64,000 nt of DNA from Vicinamibacterales bacterium (GCA_963746535.1 CAVVBP010000007.1:880444-944443); one strand, 5' to 3'. Counted from the first letter of the stretch, positions 48,919-59,936 are shown. Notes: a model not told the origin generated them from the sequence alone. Made by a program: numbers and translations.

Positions 48919-50311
48919 ATGGCCCCGAACCGGCGTCCTGAAACCGTGCCCCGTTATCGCTTCAGCGAATTCATCCTGTCGCCGCGGCGCCGGCTGCTCA
49001 CCCGCAATGGGCGCGAGCAGCCGCTCATCCCCCGATATTTCGACCTCCTGGTTTTTCTCATCGAACGCCGCGCCGAGGCGGTGCACCGGCGCGACATCTT
49101 CGACCGCATCTGGACCGACGTCATCGTGTCGGACAGCGCGCTGAGCCAGGCCATCCGGACAATCCGCCGCGTGCTTGGAGACGATTCTCGAGAGCCGCGT
49201 TTCGTTCGCACGGTGTCGCGCCATGGATACCGCTTCGTGTTCGCGGACGTCGTCGAAGAGGATGACGAAGCGGAATGTGCAGCCAACAGTGTCAATCCGC
49301 CGGTCAGCGCGACGCCGCCTGTTTCGGCATCCGAAACCGTACGAATCTCTTCTGCAACGAGTGACCAGAAGTACCGCCAACGCGAACGAGGAAGAGGAGC
49401 AGCGCGAAGCGGCTGAACTGCTGCATGCGCTGGGCACGGCCGAGGCGCTGCGGCGTCTTGGCACCCGTCCGCGTCATTCCTTTGCGCGCGCGTTGCTGAG
49501 AGACACTCGGTGGGATGTCGCCGAAGCCGGTGCGGTCCCGATTCTCGGCGAGCCCGCGCCGTTTGCAACCGCGCGCGAGCTCGTCGGCCTCCGGCTGCGC
49601 CGCGCGGCCGCACTCGCCGCTGTGCGATGGGCCAGCGCTTCGCTTGGCGGCGGCCTGGCGGGTGTGGTCGGCGGGACCGGAGGCGCATTGATTCTGATGG
49701 CGGCGCCTGGCAGCGCCGCGTCGCTTGCCGTTGTTCCGGTGCTCGCCATGATCGGAGGCGCCTGCGGCGCGCTCGGCGGCGCGGGCGTGGGCGCGGGGCT
49801 GTCGGTCGCCGAATCGATTGCGCGATCGTGGCGCGCCATGGCGCTGGTCTGTGGTGCCGCGGTCGGAGGTGGGCTCGCGGGATCGGCCGCCCAATGGATC
49901 AGCCGATGGAGCCTTGCCGCTCTCGTCGGAGTGAATCTGGACGTCGGCGGCGGCATCGAAGGTATCGCGATTGGAGCGGCCGCGGGACTCGGCTACACCC
50001 TTGCCACCTTGCACTCGGAGGGTGGGATGGCGGCGCCGCGTGGCAGCTCTCGATTGGTGACCGCCGTGGTGACCGCCGCCGCCTGCGGAATTGCCGCGCT
50101 CGGCATTGCGCTGGCGGGACGGCCTCTGGTGGGAGGCACGATCCACCTCATCGCGCAGGCATCCGCCGGATCGCAGGCGACTTTGACCCCGCTCGGCCGC
50201 TTCCTTGGCGAGACCGACTTCGGCCCGCTGACGGCCGCGCTCGTCGCCACAGGCGAGGGTGCGCTGTTCGGGTTCGGCCTCGCCCTCGGCCTTACGCACC
50301 GGCAGGGCTGA
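48919..50311 (+). CDS. CadC/OmpR-type winged-helix regulator fused to a Gly/Ala-rich polytopic membrane domain; 1 frameshift near 49360
   Basis: YRFSEFIL...FDLLVFLIE...IW.DVIVSDSALSQAIRTIRRVLGD...FVRTVSRHGYRF; membrane part in ORF 49175..50311. Confidence 0.8.
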
Positions 50312-50338
50312 AGCCCTGCGCCACCGTTGGTTTGCACT

Positions 50339-50368
50339 CTCACCAACATCTCACGCAACGCTCACAAC
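50339..50368 (+). promoter_or_regulatory. Three direct repeats CTCAC(n)AAC at an exact 11-bp period; candidate winged-helix operator
   Basis: CTCACCAAC at 50339, CTCACGCAAC at 50350, CTCACAAC at 50361, upstream of yjbQ. Confidence 0.5.
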
Positions 50369-50421
50369 TCGCTGAGGACTTCTGACCGAGGACCGCCGAT
50401 GCTTCCTCGTGGAGGACATCG

Positions 50422-50934
50422 ATGGCATTGCTCGCATCTGCCGCGGTACGCCGCAGCGCGAAAGCGCGAAGGCGGCCCGCTTCCACGCTGCGCCACACCA
50501 GAATCCGGATGACGACGGTCCGCCCGACCGAGTTCATCGACCTGACCGATCGGCTCAACAGGTTTCTCGCGGAAGCCGGGGTATCGTCCGGCATGCTCAA
50601 CGTCCAGACGCTGCACACGACGACGGCGGTTGTCGTCAACGAGCACGAGCCGCTGCTGCTGAGCGACTTCCAGGCCGTTCTCGAAGCCGCCGCACCGGAC
50701 GGGGGCCGATACCGGCACGACGACCCGACCGAGCGTACCGTGAATGTGACCGACGCCGAACGGCCCAACGGTCACGCCCACTGTCGAGCCCTGCTGCTGC
50801 CCTCGTCTGCGTGCCTGAACGTGACCAGCGGCCGCCTGCTGCTCGGGCGATGGCAGCGGGTGTTCTTCGTCGAGCTCGATGGACCGCGGGAGCGGGAGCT
50901 TTCGGTGTTCGTGATTTCGGAGCCGACGCGATGA
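50422..50934 (+). CDS. yjbQ: YjbQ/UPF0047 family protein
   Basis: LHTTTAVVVNE, YRHDD, NGHAHC, LGRWQRVFFVELDGPR. Confidence 0.9.
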   Translation: MALLASAAVRRSAKARRRPASTLRHTRIRMTTVRPTEFIDLTDRLNRFLAEAGVSSGMLNVQTLHTTTAVVVNEHEPLLLSDFQAVLEAAAPDGGRYRHDDPTERTVNVTDAERPNGHAHCRALLLPSSACLNVTSGRLLLGRWQRVFFVELDGPRERELSVFVISEPTR

Positions 50935-52361
50935 AGGTCAAGATGATCCTGCCGGCGCTGACCGAGGCGACGAGCCCGTTCTGGCGCCCGATCAAGTACT
51001 CGCTCTTCCCGCCGCTCGGCCTCGCGACGCTGGCGGCCTATCTCGATGATGACGACGATGTGGAGATTCAGGACGAGCACGTCGAGGTGCTCGATCTGAA
51101 CGACACGCCCGACCTCGTCGTCATCCAGGTCTACATCACCTCGGCGTATCGTGCCTATCGCATCGCCGACCACTATCGCGCGCGCGGCGCGCACGTCGCC
51201 CTTGGCGGCCTGCACGTGACATCGCTTCCCGATGAAGCCGCCTCGCACGCCGACACGATCTTCCTCGGTCCGGGTGAGGACACATGGCCGCGGTTCCTCG
51301 CCGATTTCAGGGCCGGATCTCCGCGTCGCGCGTACCAGTCCACGTTGCGGACGCTGGCGGATGTTCCGCCGATTCGCCGGGATCTGATCAAGCGGCAGCT
51401 CTATCTCGTTCCGAATTCGATCGTGGTGTCGCGCGGGTGCCCGCACGTCTGCGACTTCTGCTACAAGGAGGCGTTCTTCGAGGCCGGGCGGTCCTTCTAT
51501 ACGCAAACGGTCGACGAAGCGCTCGCGGAGATCGATCGCCTGCCCGGCCGTCACCTGTACTTTCTCGACGATCATCTCTTCGGCGACAAGCGCTTCGCCA
51601 CCGCTCTCTTCGAGGGCATGCGCGGTATGGGCCGGCTCTGGCAGGCGGCGGGCACCGTGAATGCGGTGCTCGCGCCAGACCTTCTCGAGCGTGCCGTTGA
51701 CGCAGGGCTGCGCAGCCTGTTTGTCGGCTTCGAGACGCTCAACCCCGACAACCTCGTCGAGCAGCGGAAGTACCAGAACATGCGCCGCGACTACGCGGCC
51801 GCGATTCGGCGTCTGCACGATGCCGGCGTGATGATCAACGGGAGCTTCGTCTTCGGGATGGATGGCGACGACGGCTCGGTGTTCGATCGCACGGTCGAGT
51901 GGGCGATCGAGCACGGCATCGAGACGGCGACGTTTCACATCCTGACGCCGTATCCGGGAACCGCGCTCTACAAGCGGATGTCGGAACAGGGGCGCCTGAC
52001 GATTCACGACTGGGACGTATACGACACGCGGCACACCGTGTTCCGCCCCGCGCATATGACGGCCGCGGAGCTGGAGGACGGATACCGCTGGGCGTATCGC
52101 GAGTTCTACCGGTGGAAGTCCATCGTGCGCGGAGCCTCGGCGCACGACGACCTGCTGGCCGGCGCGCGGCACCTGGCGTACGCGGCCGGGTGGAAGAAGT
52201 TCGAGCCGTTGTGGGATTTCATCATCCGCGCGCGCCGCGCGGGCGCGATGCTACCGGTGCTCGAGACCATCCTCAGCGAGTTTGGAAGACGCCGATCGCC
52301 GATCGACGATGGCCGATCGACGATGGACGATCGTCAATCCACCCGTATCTGTCGCGCGTAG
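50931..52361 (+). CDS. Cobalamin-binding-domain radical SAM protein
   Basis: PPLGLATLAA, ALGGLHVT, GPGE; CPHVCDFC; FVGFET; GSFVFGMD; ILTPYPGT; ATGA overlap with yjbQ. Confidence 0.9.
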   Translation: MKVKMILPALTEATSPFWRPIKYSLFPPLGLATLAAYLDDDDDVEIQDEHVEVLDLNDTPDLVVIQVYITSAYRAYRIADHYRARGAHVALGGLHVTSLPDEAASHADTIFLGPGEDTWPRFLADFRAGSPRRAYQSTLRTLADVPPIRRDLIKRQLYLVPNSIVVSRGCPHVCDFCYKEAFFEAGRSFYTQTVDEALAEIDRLPGRHLYFLDDHLFGDKRFATALFEGMRGMGRLWQAAGTVNAVLAPDLLERAVDAGLRSLFVGFETLNPDNLVEQRKYQNMRRDYAAAIRRLHDAGVMINGSFVFGMDGDDGSVFDRTVEWAIEHGIETATFHILTPYPGTALYKRMSEQGRLTIHDWDVYDTRHTVFRPAHMTAAELEDGYRWAYREFYRWKSIVRGASAHDDLLAGARHLAYAAGWKKFEPLWDFIIRARRAGAMLPVLETILSEFGRRRSPIDDGRSTMDDRQSTRICRA

Positions 52362-55300
52362 GTGTTGTTGCTCTCCGAGCTCTCCGCGACAGATCCGGCG
52401 CCATCGGCTTGCGCAATCACGTAGTAGAGTCCGGGCGCGGTGCCCGCGGGGATTGTGACCGGGGTCGTGGCCGTGCTGGTGCCATTCGGGACGATGAGGC
52501 CCACCGCTCGCGTTTCGGCCAGCAGCGTGTCGGCCGCATCGACGACCGTGTTGGTGGAGAAGTAGTACCGCACCTCGGACGGCGCGGCATTGTTGGCGCC
52601 CTTGTTCGTCACCGTATCCTTGACGGCCGTTGTGGCGCCCGCGTGCACGGGCGAGGTCACCGACGAAATCGAGACAGTGAGATCGGGGCCGACCTTCACC
52701 GATTCGATCTCGGTGTTGTTCCCCTCCTGCGTCTCGGTGACGGCGTTCGGTCCGTCGGCTTTCGCGAAGAGATAGTACGACCCGGCCGGTGTGCCATCGG
52801 GAATGGTCAGCGTCGTATTGACCGTGCTCGCTTCACCAGCAGCGAGGCTTGCGACCGTCCTGCTCCCCAGGAACGTGTCATCGGCCGAGAGGCCGGCATT
52901 CACAGACAAATAGAAATGCGTGACTGACTGACCGACCGTCGTCCCGCCCGTATTTTTTGTCGTGTCGGTGGCGGTGAAGGGCACGCCGATACCAAGCGCG
53001 GCCGGTGCGTCGAGGCTCGACACCTCGAGATCGCCGCCGATGTCGATCGACGCCCGCGTCTCGTTGTTCGATTCTTTGGCCTCGGCGACGGCGTTGGCCG
53101 AGTCGCTCTCCGCGAAGATGTAGTAGCTCCCGAGCGTCACGTCCGGAGGAATCTGCAGCGCGATTTGTCCAGACTGGGTGCCGTTCGGCGCGAGCGCGCC
53201 GACGCCGGTGGTGCCGAGGCTCGGGTCGCCCGCCTCGAGCGAGATGTTAGTGGACCAGAAGAACTCTACCGTCGAGGCGGCTGCTGCCGTCGTGCCCTTG
53301 TTCTGCACCGTGAATGTCGCCATGACCGTCGCGCCCGGCGCCGCGGTTGACGGCACGGTGAGCTTCGACACGACGAGATCGGGGCCGACCGAAAATCCGC
53401 GGGCGTAGGTATTGTTCGACTCGCTGCTTTCGAGCAGCACGTCGTCGGCATCTGCTTTCGCGATGAGGTAGTACGCGCCTGCCGGCAAATCCGACGGGAT
53501 GCCGACGGTGACCGATGATGTCAGCATCATCCCTGGCGCGAGCGCCGGAACGGCCTGTGCGTCCTGAAGCACCTCGTCGGTGGGTGCGAAGACGGCGTCG
53601 GTCGAGAGGAAGAACCGCGTCGTCGATGGATCGGCCGATCCGATGCCGGCGTTCTTGGTCGTGACCGATACGGAAATGGTCGAGCCGGCGATGGCCGTTG
53701 AAGGCACGGTGAAGGCCGACACATCCATGTCGGCCGGCAGCTTCGGCGTGGCCGAGGCTTCGTTCGAATCGCCGCTTTCGCCGAGGATGTTCGCGGCCGA
53801 CACGACGTAGTAGTACGTGGTGCCGTTGGTGAGGTTGGTGTTGATGTACTGAGTCGCCTTGATGTTGGACGCAATCGTCGTGTATGGCCCGCCCGGCGCG
53901 TCACTCCGCTTCACGCGATAAGTGGCCGCGTGAGCCCCGGCCGACCAGGTCAGCTTGATCTGCCTGTCGCCGGCAATGGCGGTCAGGTTCGCCGGTATAC
54001 CCGGAGGCTCGGAGCACGACAGCAGCGCTTTGTGCACGTTGAGTCGCCCGCCCGAAATCGTCGTCGTGGCCATCGCCGGAACGGGATCGACCGAGTCGAC
54101 CAGCACGGTTTTCAGATCCGCGGTGTTGAGCGTGCAGTGCGAAAGCGTCAGCGCCGCGGCGCCCGAGACATGAGGCGCCGCCATCGAGGTGCCGCTCGAA
54201 AACCCGTAATGGCCGTTGCGAATCGTGGACAGGATGTTCACGCCGGGCGCGCCGAGATGCACCGTCTTCGCCCCGTAGTTGGAAAAAGACGCGCGCGTAT
54301 CGGTGTTGGTCGTCGCCGCCACTGCGATGACGTTCGGCGCGGCGTAGCTGGCCGGGTACTGCGGGAGCAGATCGTTCGGGAGGCCGTTGTTTCCGGCCGC
54401 CGCGACAAACAGCATGTCGTCGTCGTTCGCGGCGTTGATGGCGTCGAGGAGCGCCTGCGAGAAATCGCCGCCGCCCCAGCTGTTCGAGAGCACGCGGATA
54501 TTCGCGCCTCCGGATGCCGAGAAGATCTGCTTGGTCTGCAACGCGAAGTCGATGGCGTCGATGGCGTCGGCGATCGTGCCGCTGCCTGCGGAATCCAGAA
54601 ACTTGAGACCCATCAATGAGGTCACCCAGTTCACGCCGGCCACCCCGGTGCCGTTGTTGCCGGCCGCGCCGATCGTGCCGGCGACGTGCGTCCCGTGGTT
54701 GTGGTCGTCCATGGGATCGCAGGTTCGCGCAATGGCATTGAACCCGTGCGTGCCGGCGTCGCAGGTGATCGGCACGCCCCGAATCGTCACGGTAAAGGGC
54801 GAAGGCGCGGACCACATGTTCGCTGCGAGATCGTCGTGCATGTAGTTGATGCCGGTGTCAACGACCGCGACCACGTTCGACGCGGACCCCACGGTCAGAT
54901 CCCACGCCGCGGCGGCGTGGATGTCGGCGCCGGCCGTTCCGGCAGCGCCTCCGTTGACGGGCTGGCCGGTATTCTTGAGCCCCCAGAGCAGCGGAAAGTA
55001 CGTGTCGCCCGGGTCGGAAAACGCATGGACGACATAGTTGGGCTCCACGAAGGCGAGGTCGCGACGGTTCCTGAGTGCGGCCAGCAGGGCGGCGGCGCTG
55101 TGCGACCGCGACATGACGCGGATGACACCCGTACGGCCGACGGGCTGCAGGCCTTCGGCATCGGCGTCGACGGCGAGTTGTCCAAGCTGCAGCGGATGCG
55201 GAGGCTCCTGGAACTTCACGAGAATCTCGCGCGCGACCGCTTCGCGCGCGCCGATGTCTTCGATGTCGAGCCGGCCGAGCTGTCGTCCCTGCGATGAGGG

Positions 55301-55369
55301 CGATGCGGACAGCAGGAAGACCGCGATGACCGAAACGACAAACGTGACGCCGGTCGAGACTCGTCGCAT
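52334..55369 (-). CDS. Secreted S8 subtilase with FN3 and about 4 CARDB-like domains
   Basis: Catalytic VVDTG, HGTHVAG, GTSMAAP; oxyanion AAAGN; repeats DL.VS...P and ESNESNN-like ends. Confidence 0.92.
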   Translation of the reverse strand: MRRVSTGVTFVVSVIAVFLLSASPSSQGRQLGRLDIEDIGAREAVAREILVKFQEPPHPLQLGQLAVDADAEGLQPVGRTGVIRVMSRSHSAAALLAALRNRRDLAFVEPNYVVHAFSDPGDTYFPLLWGLKNTGQPVNGGAAGTAGADIHAAAAWDLTVGSASNVVAVVDTGINYMHDDLAANMWSAPSPFTVTIRGVPITCDAGTHGFNAIARTCDPMDDHNHGTHVAGTIGAAGNNGTGVAGVNWVTSLMGLKFLDSAGSGTIADAIDAIDFALQTKQIFSASGGANIRVLSNSWGGGDFSQALLDAINAANDDDMLFVAAAGNNGLPNDLLPQYPASYAAPNVIAVAATTNTDTRASFSNYGAKTVHLGAPGVNILSTIRNGHYGFSSGTSMAAPHVSGAAALTLSHCTLNTADLKTVLVDSVDPVPAMATTTISGGRLNVHKALLSCSEPPGIPANLTAIAGDRQIKLTWSAGAHAATYRVKRSDAPGGPYTTIASNIKATQYINTNLTNGTTYYYVVSAANILGESGDSNEASATPKLPADMDVSAFTVPSTAIAGSTISVSVTTKNAGIGSADPSTTRFFLSTDAVFAPTDEVLQDAQAVPALAPGMMLTSSVTVGIPSDLPAGAYYLIAKADADDVLLESSESNNTYARGFSVGPDLVVSKLTVPSTAAPGATVMATFTVQNKGTTAAAASTVEFFWSTNISLEAGDPSLGTTGVGALAPNGTQSGQIALQIPPDVTLGSYYIFAESDSANAVAEAKESNNETRASIDIGGDLEVSSLDAPAALGIGVPFTATDTTKNTGGTTVGQSVTHFYLSVNAGLSADDTFLGSRTVASLAAGEASTVNTTLTIPDGTPAGSYYLFAKADGPNAVTETQEGNNTEIESVKVGPDLTVSISSVTSPVHAGATTAVKDTVTNKGANNAAPSEVRYYFSTNTVVDAADTLLAETRAVGLIVPNGTSTATTPVTIPAGTAPGLYYVIAQADGAGSVAESSESNNTYARQIRVD

Positions 55370-55588
55370 GGAGGCCTCCGGGGGAGAAGTTCAGGAGTGT
55401 AGGCGAGCTCCTGTGGAGGGGGGCGTCTCTGCGGGTGCAATTTTCGTGCAATGTGTGAAAGGCGGCCGGGCGATGCAATTCGCGGTGTGATTTGTGAGGG
55501 CACGAACGTTTTCGTCAGCGGAGGAACGGAATTTGGTGCGAGGGGTGCGGTGGGTGCGAGAGGTGCGACTGGCGGTACGTAGAATCGA

Positions 55589-55610
55589 TATAATGATATC
55601 ATGATGTCAT
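55589..55610 (+). promoter_or_regulatory. vapBC promoter: TATAAT plus tandem palindromes ATGATATCAT/ATGATGTCAT
   Basis: TATAAT at 55589-55594; perfect palindrome at 55593-55602; second near-palindrome overlaps the ATG. Confidence 0.6.
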
Positions 55611-55860
55611 GAAACGCACACTGGTGCAGTTCGATGAGCCCACCCATCGCCGGCTGCGGCACGAAGCGTTCCGGCAGGAACGATCGGTCGCCTCGCTCGT
55701 GCGCGAATTCGTCGCGAGCGGTCTCGACCACGCGGGCGGCCGGCGGCCCGGACGCGCGAAGCCGTTCCTGTCGGTTGCGGCCGGCCGCTCGACCCGGGGC
55801 CGACAGTCACGAGTGTCCGAGAAGCACGACGCGGCCCTGGCTGCGGCGCTCAAGAAATGA
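55609..55860 (+). CDS. vapB: Antitoxin, ribbon-helix-helix (CopG-like)
   Basis: MKRTLVQFDE...LRHEAFRQERSVASLVRE; HD near the C-terminus; ATGA overlap with the PIN gene. Confidence 0.8.
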   Translation: MKRTLVQFDEPTHRRLRHEAFRQERSVASLVREFVASGLDHAGGRRPGRAKPFLSVAAGRSTRGRQSRVSEKHDAALAAALKK

Positions 55861-56258
55861 TCTTTGTCGACACGTCGGCAATCTATGCCTGGGCCGACAC
55901 GGCAGATGCCAATCATCAAACGGCGGTCCGCCGGCTCCAAACGCTCCTCGATCGCGACGAGCCCCTGCTGACGCACAACTACGTGCTCGTCGAGTCGATG
56001 GCGCTGCTGCAGGCGCGTTTGGGCCTCGCCGCGGCGCTGAAGTTGTCGAAGGACGCCGGCACATTCGCCATCGAGTGGGTCGATGAACGGCTGCACGACG
56101 CGGGAGTTCGAGCGCTCGAGCGCTCTCGGAAACGAGGCGTCAGCCTTGTCGACGAGATCAGCTTTCTGGTGATGAGACGGCGTCAGGTGACCACGGCTTT
56201 TGCATTTGACGCGGATTTCGTGACGGCTGGATTTGACGTCTTCGACGAGCGCCGCTGA
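55857..56258 (+). CDS. vapC: PIN-domain toxin
   Basis: MIFVDTSA, THNYVLVES, SLVD, AFAFDADF. Confidence 0.9.
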   Translation: MIFVDTSAIYAWADTADANHQTAVRRLQTLLDRDEPLLTHNYVLVESMALLQARLGLAAALKLSKDAGTFAIEWVDERLHDAGVRALERSRKRGVSLVDEISFLVMRRRQVTTAFAFDADFVTAGFDVFDERR

Positions 56259-56301
56259 GTGGGGACGCTCGAAAGAACGAGTAGCGGTAGTATTTCTGCC
56301 G

Positions 56302-58474
56302 TGATCCGGCATCGTCTTGTATTGGCAGCCGCAGCCGCGCTCGCACTCGCTGTTGGCGCCGAAGGCTGGCAGGCACGACAGGGTGCCAGTCCCCCGATCG
56401 ACCGGCGGGCGCTGGTGACACACCACAACCCGGTCCTGCGCGCCGCGGACCGCCTGTCGCCGCTGACGCTCGGCAATGGCGACGTTGCCTTCACCGCCGA
56501 CATCACCGGCCTCCAGACATTCCCTGACTTCTACACCCGTCGGGACACGATGAAGCCGCCGGACGGCAGCACGCCGCTCGTGACCCAATCGCAGTGGGGA
56601 TGGCACTCGTTTTCAAATCCGCAGGGCTACAAGCCGGAAGACGCGTTCGCGCCGTACGACACGCACGGTCGATCCGTGGAATATGCCAGCCGGCAGGAGA
56701 CGCCCGCCGGCGCGTGGCTTCGTGAAAATCCGCACCGGCTGAATCTTGCGCAAATCGGTTTTGTGCTTCGCAAGGGCGATGGAACCAACGCGGGGCTTGT
56801 CGACCTCCAGCAAACAGAGCAGACCCTCGACCTCTGGACGGGCACGCTGACGAGCCGTTTCGTGCTGAACGGTAAGCCGGTGCGCGTGGACTCGTGGGTG
56901 CATCCCCGGCAGAACGTGCTGGCCGTGCGGATCGATGCCGGAGGACTGCCGTCCGAGCAGCTGGCGATCCGCGTCGCGTTTCCATACGCGCGCGCGGTGC
57001 ATTCCGACGATCCGTCGGACTGGACGCATCCCGATCGACATACCACCGGCATGTCGATGTCTTCACCGACGCAGGCCGATTTCGAGCGCACGCTCGACGA
57101 GACGATGTATGCGGTGAGCCTGGCGTGGCGTGGTGCGGCACGTCTCACGCGCCGCGGTCCCCACGAGTTCGTGCTGTCACCCGCGGTTGCCGGTGCGCCG
57201 GTGGAATTCTCCGTGCGGTTCTCGGAGCGGGCGGTCGCGGGCGGTCCTGCCAACGCGACCGCCACGCGCGACGCGAGCGCGAAGCACTGGCAGGCGTTCT
57301 GGCACAGCGGCGGCGCGATCGATCTGTCGGGCAGCACCGATCCGCGCGCCGGCGAGCTCGAGCGGCGCATCGTGCTGTCGCAGTACCTGACGGCCATTCA
57401 GAGCGCCGGAACGCAGCCGCCACAGGAAACCGGTCTCACCTACAACAGCTGGTTCGGCAAGTTCCACCTGGAAATGCACTGGTGGCACGCCGCGCACTTC
57501 GCGTTCTGGAATCGTCTCGAGCTGCTGGAACGGTCGCTGCCCTGGTACACACGCATTGCACCGGCAGCGCGCGCGACCGCCGAGCGTCAGGGATACAAGG
57601 GCGCCAGGTGGCCGAAGATGGTGGGTCCGGAAGGCCGCGATTCTCCGTCGGGCGTGGGCGTGTTCCTCATCTGGCAACAGCCACATCCGATTTACTTCGC
57701 CGAGCTCGTCTACCGACAGCGTCCGACCCGGCGCACACTCGACGAGTATCGCGACATCGTGTTCGACTCCGCGCGATTTCTGGCGTCCTATGCAGTGCGC
57801 AAGCCAGGAGAGGCGCGATACGTCCTGGGCCCGCCGCTCATTCCGGCGCAGGAACGCCATCCGCCGCGCACGACGTTCAATCCCGGCTTCGAGCTGGCGT
57901 ACTGGGCGTTCGGGCTCGAGACGGCGCAGCGGTGGCGCGAGCGGCTCGGCCTGGCTCGCGACGCGGAATGGGACAACGTACTCGAAAATCTCTCCCCGCT
58001 GCCCTCGCGAGACGATTTGTACGTGAACACGGAGTCGGCGCAGGACACCTTCACGAACGAAGATCAACGTCGCGATCATCCGACGCTCCTCGGGTCGTGC
58101 GGCATGCTGCCGTGCGGGCGTGTCGATCGGGAGATGATGCGCAGGACGCTCGTCGAGGTCATGCGCAGCTGGCGCTTCAACGAGACGTGGGGATGGGACT
58201 ATCCCTTAATCGCGATGACGGCCGCGAGAGTGGGCGAGCCGCAGATTGCGATCGACGCGCTGCTGATGAAGACGCAGAAGAACACGTATCTCGTGAACGG
58301 CCACAACTACCAGGACGATCGGCTCACGGTGTATCTGCCGGGCAACGGCGGGTTGCTCGCCGCCACGGCGATGATGGCGGCGGGCTGGGACGGCGCTCCT
58401 GATACGCCCGCGCCCGGGATTCCCGCGATGGCCAGTGGGTTGTCCGGTGGGAGGGCTTGCGGAGGATGCCATAG
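56302..58474 (+). CDS. Secreted (alpha/alpha)6 glycoside hydrolase, GH65-like; C-terminal frameshift
   Basis: LTLGNGDVAFTADITGLQ, PQETGLTYNSWFGKFHLEMHWWH, WGWDYP, YLPGNGGLL; a tail ending WVVRWEGLRRMP* in a shifted frame (TAG 58472-74); start approximate. Confidence 0.75.
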
Positions 58475-58565
58475 GTGAAGGGGTGGATGCGATGGGTGCG
58501 ATGCGTGCGCCTATCGCACGCAGTGTCGGGGCGAGAGATGTTCGCACCCAACGCCCCCAACGCAC

Positions 58566-59054
58566 CTAGCTGGTCTTCGAGCCGCGGCGGCGCGGCGCGC
58601 GTCTGCTTTTTGCGCCGCGGTCGTGCGGTACCCACGCGCCCGGCCGTGCGATCATGACCTCGGTCGACTTGACGATGGCCAGCGCGTCGTCACCGCGCCG
58701 CAATTTCAGCGCCCGAACCGCGTCGGAGGTAATGACGGCCGTGAGCGACTGATCGCCCACGCGCAAGCGCACCTGGGCGAGCAGGCCGTCGATGCGGACT
58801 TCGTCGACGAACCCGTGCAGGCGATTGCGGGCGCTCAGACCGCCGATCGACTCGTCGGGTGTGGCGGGCCGGGCTCGCTTCGTGTCTTGCGGCTCCTGAC
58901 GAGCCATCAGCCGCTCGATTTCGGCCTCGGCCACCCGATGATGGCCGCCCTCGGTCCGCGTGGTCCTGACATGGCCGCTGTGCACCCAACGCTTGACGGT
59001 CGAGTAGGCCACCCCGAGACGTTCGGCCGCCGTTCTCACTGTGACGAGTGTCAT
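58566..59054 (-). CDS. Molybdate-responsive regulator-like protein: excisionase/MerR-type HTH plus TOBE (Mop) domain
   Basis: VTVRTAAERLGVAYSTVKRWV...RTEGGHHR; LSARNRLHG...TAVIT...AIVKSTEV; divergent from modA. Confidence 0.85.
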   Translation of the reverse strand: MTLVTVRTAAERLGVAYSTVKRWVHSGHVRTTRTEGGHHRVAEAEIERLMARQEPQDTKRARPATPDESIGGLSARNRLHGFVDEVRIDGLLAQVRLRVGDQSLTAVITSDAVRALKLRRGDDALAIVKSTEVMIARPGAWVPHDRGAKSRRAPRRRGSKTS

Positions 59055-59067
59055 CGGCTCCTCAGGC

Positions 59068-59091
59068 TTGAAAATCGATTCAAATCGTATC
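59068..59091. promoter_or_regulatory. Candidate operator between the TOBE regulator and modA
   Basis: TTGAAAATCGATTCAAATCGTATC; its reverse complement matches 61722-61745 at 20/24. Confidence 0.55.
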
Positions 59092-59122
59092 AGAATTGCG
59101 TCATATTGATCCAATCAAATCC

Positions 59123-59930
59123 ATGCGCGTGGGTCGGCGCGCGAAGGCCGTAGTGCCGACAGCCGGCTCGATCGGTCGACTCGTCCTGGCGCTGCTGATT
59201 GTTTTCCAGGTCACGCTGGCGGGGCAGCGTCCGCCCACCATCGCCGCGGCGGCGAATCTCAACTTCGCGCTCACCGAGATCGCGAATCAATTCGAACGTG
59301 CGCAGGGCACGCGCGTCGAGATGGTGTTCGGCGCTTCTGGCACGTTGACGCGTCAGATTCAGGACGGCGCGCCGTTCGAGATGTTCCTGGCCGCCGACGA
59401 GGAATTTCCGAATCAGCTTTCCGGGGCGGGGCTGACACGCGATGCCGGTGTGGTGTACGCGGTCGGCCGCCTGGCGATCTTCGCGCCCAAGGGCTCGCCG
59501 CTCGTCGTGGACGAGCGGCTCGAGGGCCTGTCTCGACTCGCGAAAGCCGGCGGAGTGACCCGGTTCGCGATCGCCAATCCCGACGTCGCGCCATACGGTC
59601 GTGCGGCCGAAGCGGTGCTCAGGAAGCGGGGCCTGTGGGATGTGCTGCGATCCGAAGCTCGTCCTCGGCGACAGCATCACGCAGGCCGCGCAGTTTGCGA
59701 CGACGGGAAACGCCGTCGGCGGGCTCGTGGCGTACTCGCTGGTGCTGAGTCCTGGTTTCGCCGAGCGCGGTTCGTACGCCGTCATTCCGGCCGTCGATCA
59801 TCCACCTCTCCGTCAGCGGATGGTCCTGCTCAAACGCGCCGGCGCTGTCGCCACCGCGTTCTACGCATTCGTCCAGGGAGACGCCGCGCGCGCCATCCTC
59901 AGGAAACACGGCTTCGCGGTGCCGGAATAG
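59123..59930 (+). CDS. modA: Molybdate ABC transporter substrate-binding protein; 1 frameshift near 59650
   Basis: AAAANL, FGASGTL, FEMFLAAD, IANPDVAPYGRAA, LVLGDSITQAAQF. Confidence 0.9.
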
Positions 59931-59936
59931 CCATCG

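Noticed and set aside
50311-50422. Cobalamin riboswitch upstream of the B12 radical SAM operon
   Set aside because: Spacer is only about 110 nt and I found no B12-box or conserved core
58430-58478. CxxCH motif (CGGCH) at the end of ORF 56259..58478
   Set aside because: It arises in a frameshifted tail; the adjacent frame gives the expected hydrolase ending WVVRWEGLRRMP*
59054-59123. Moco riboswitch upstream of modA
   Set aside because: Spacer is under 70 nt, AT-rich and better explained as a protein operator/promoter
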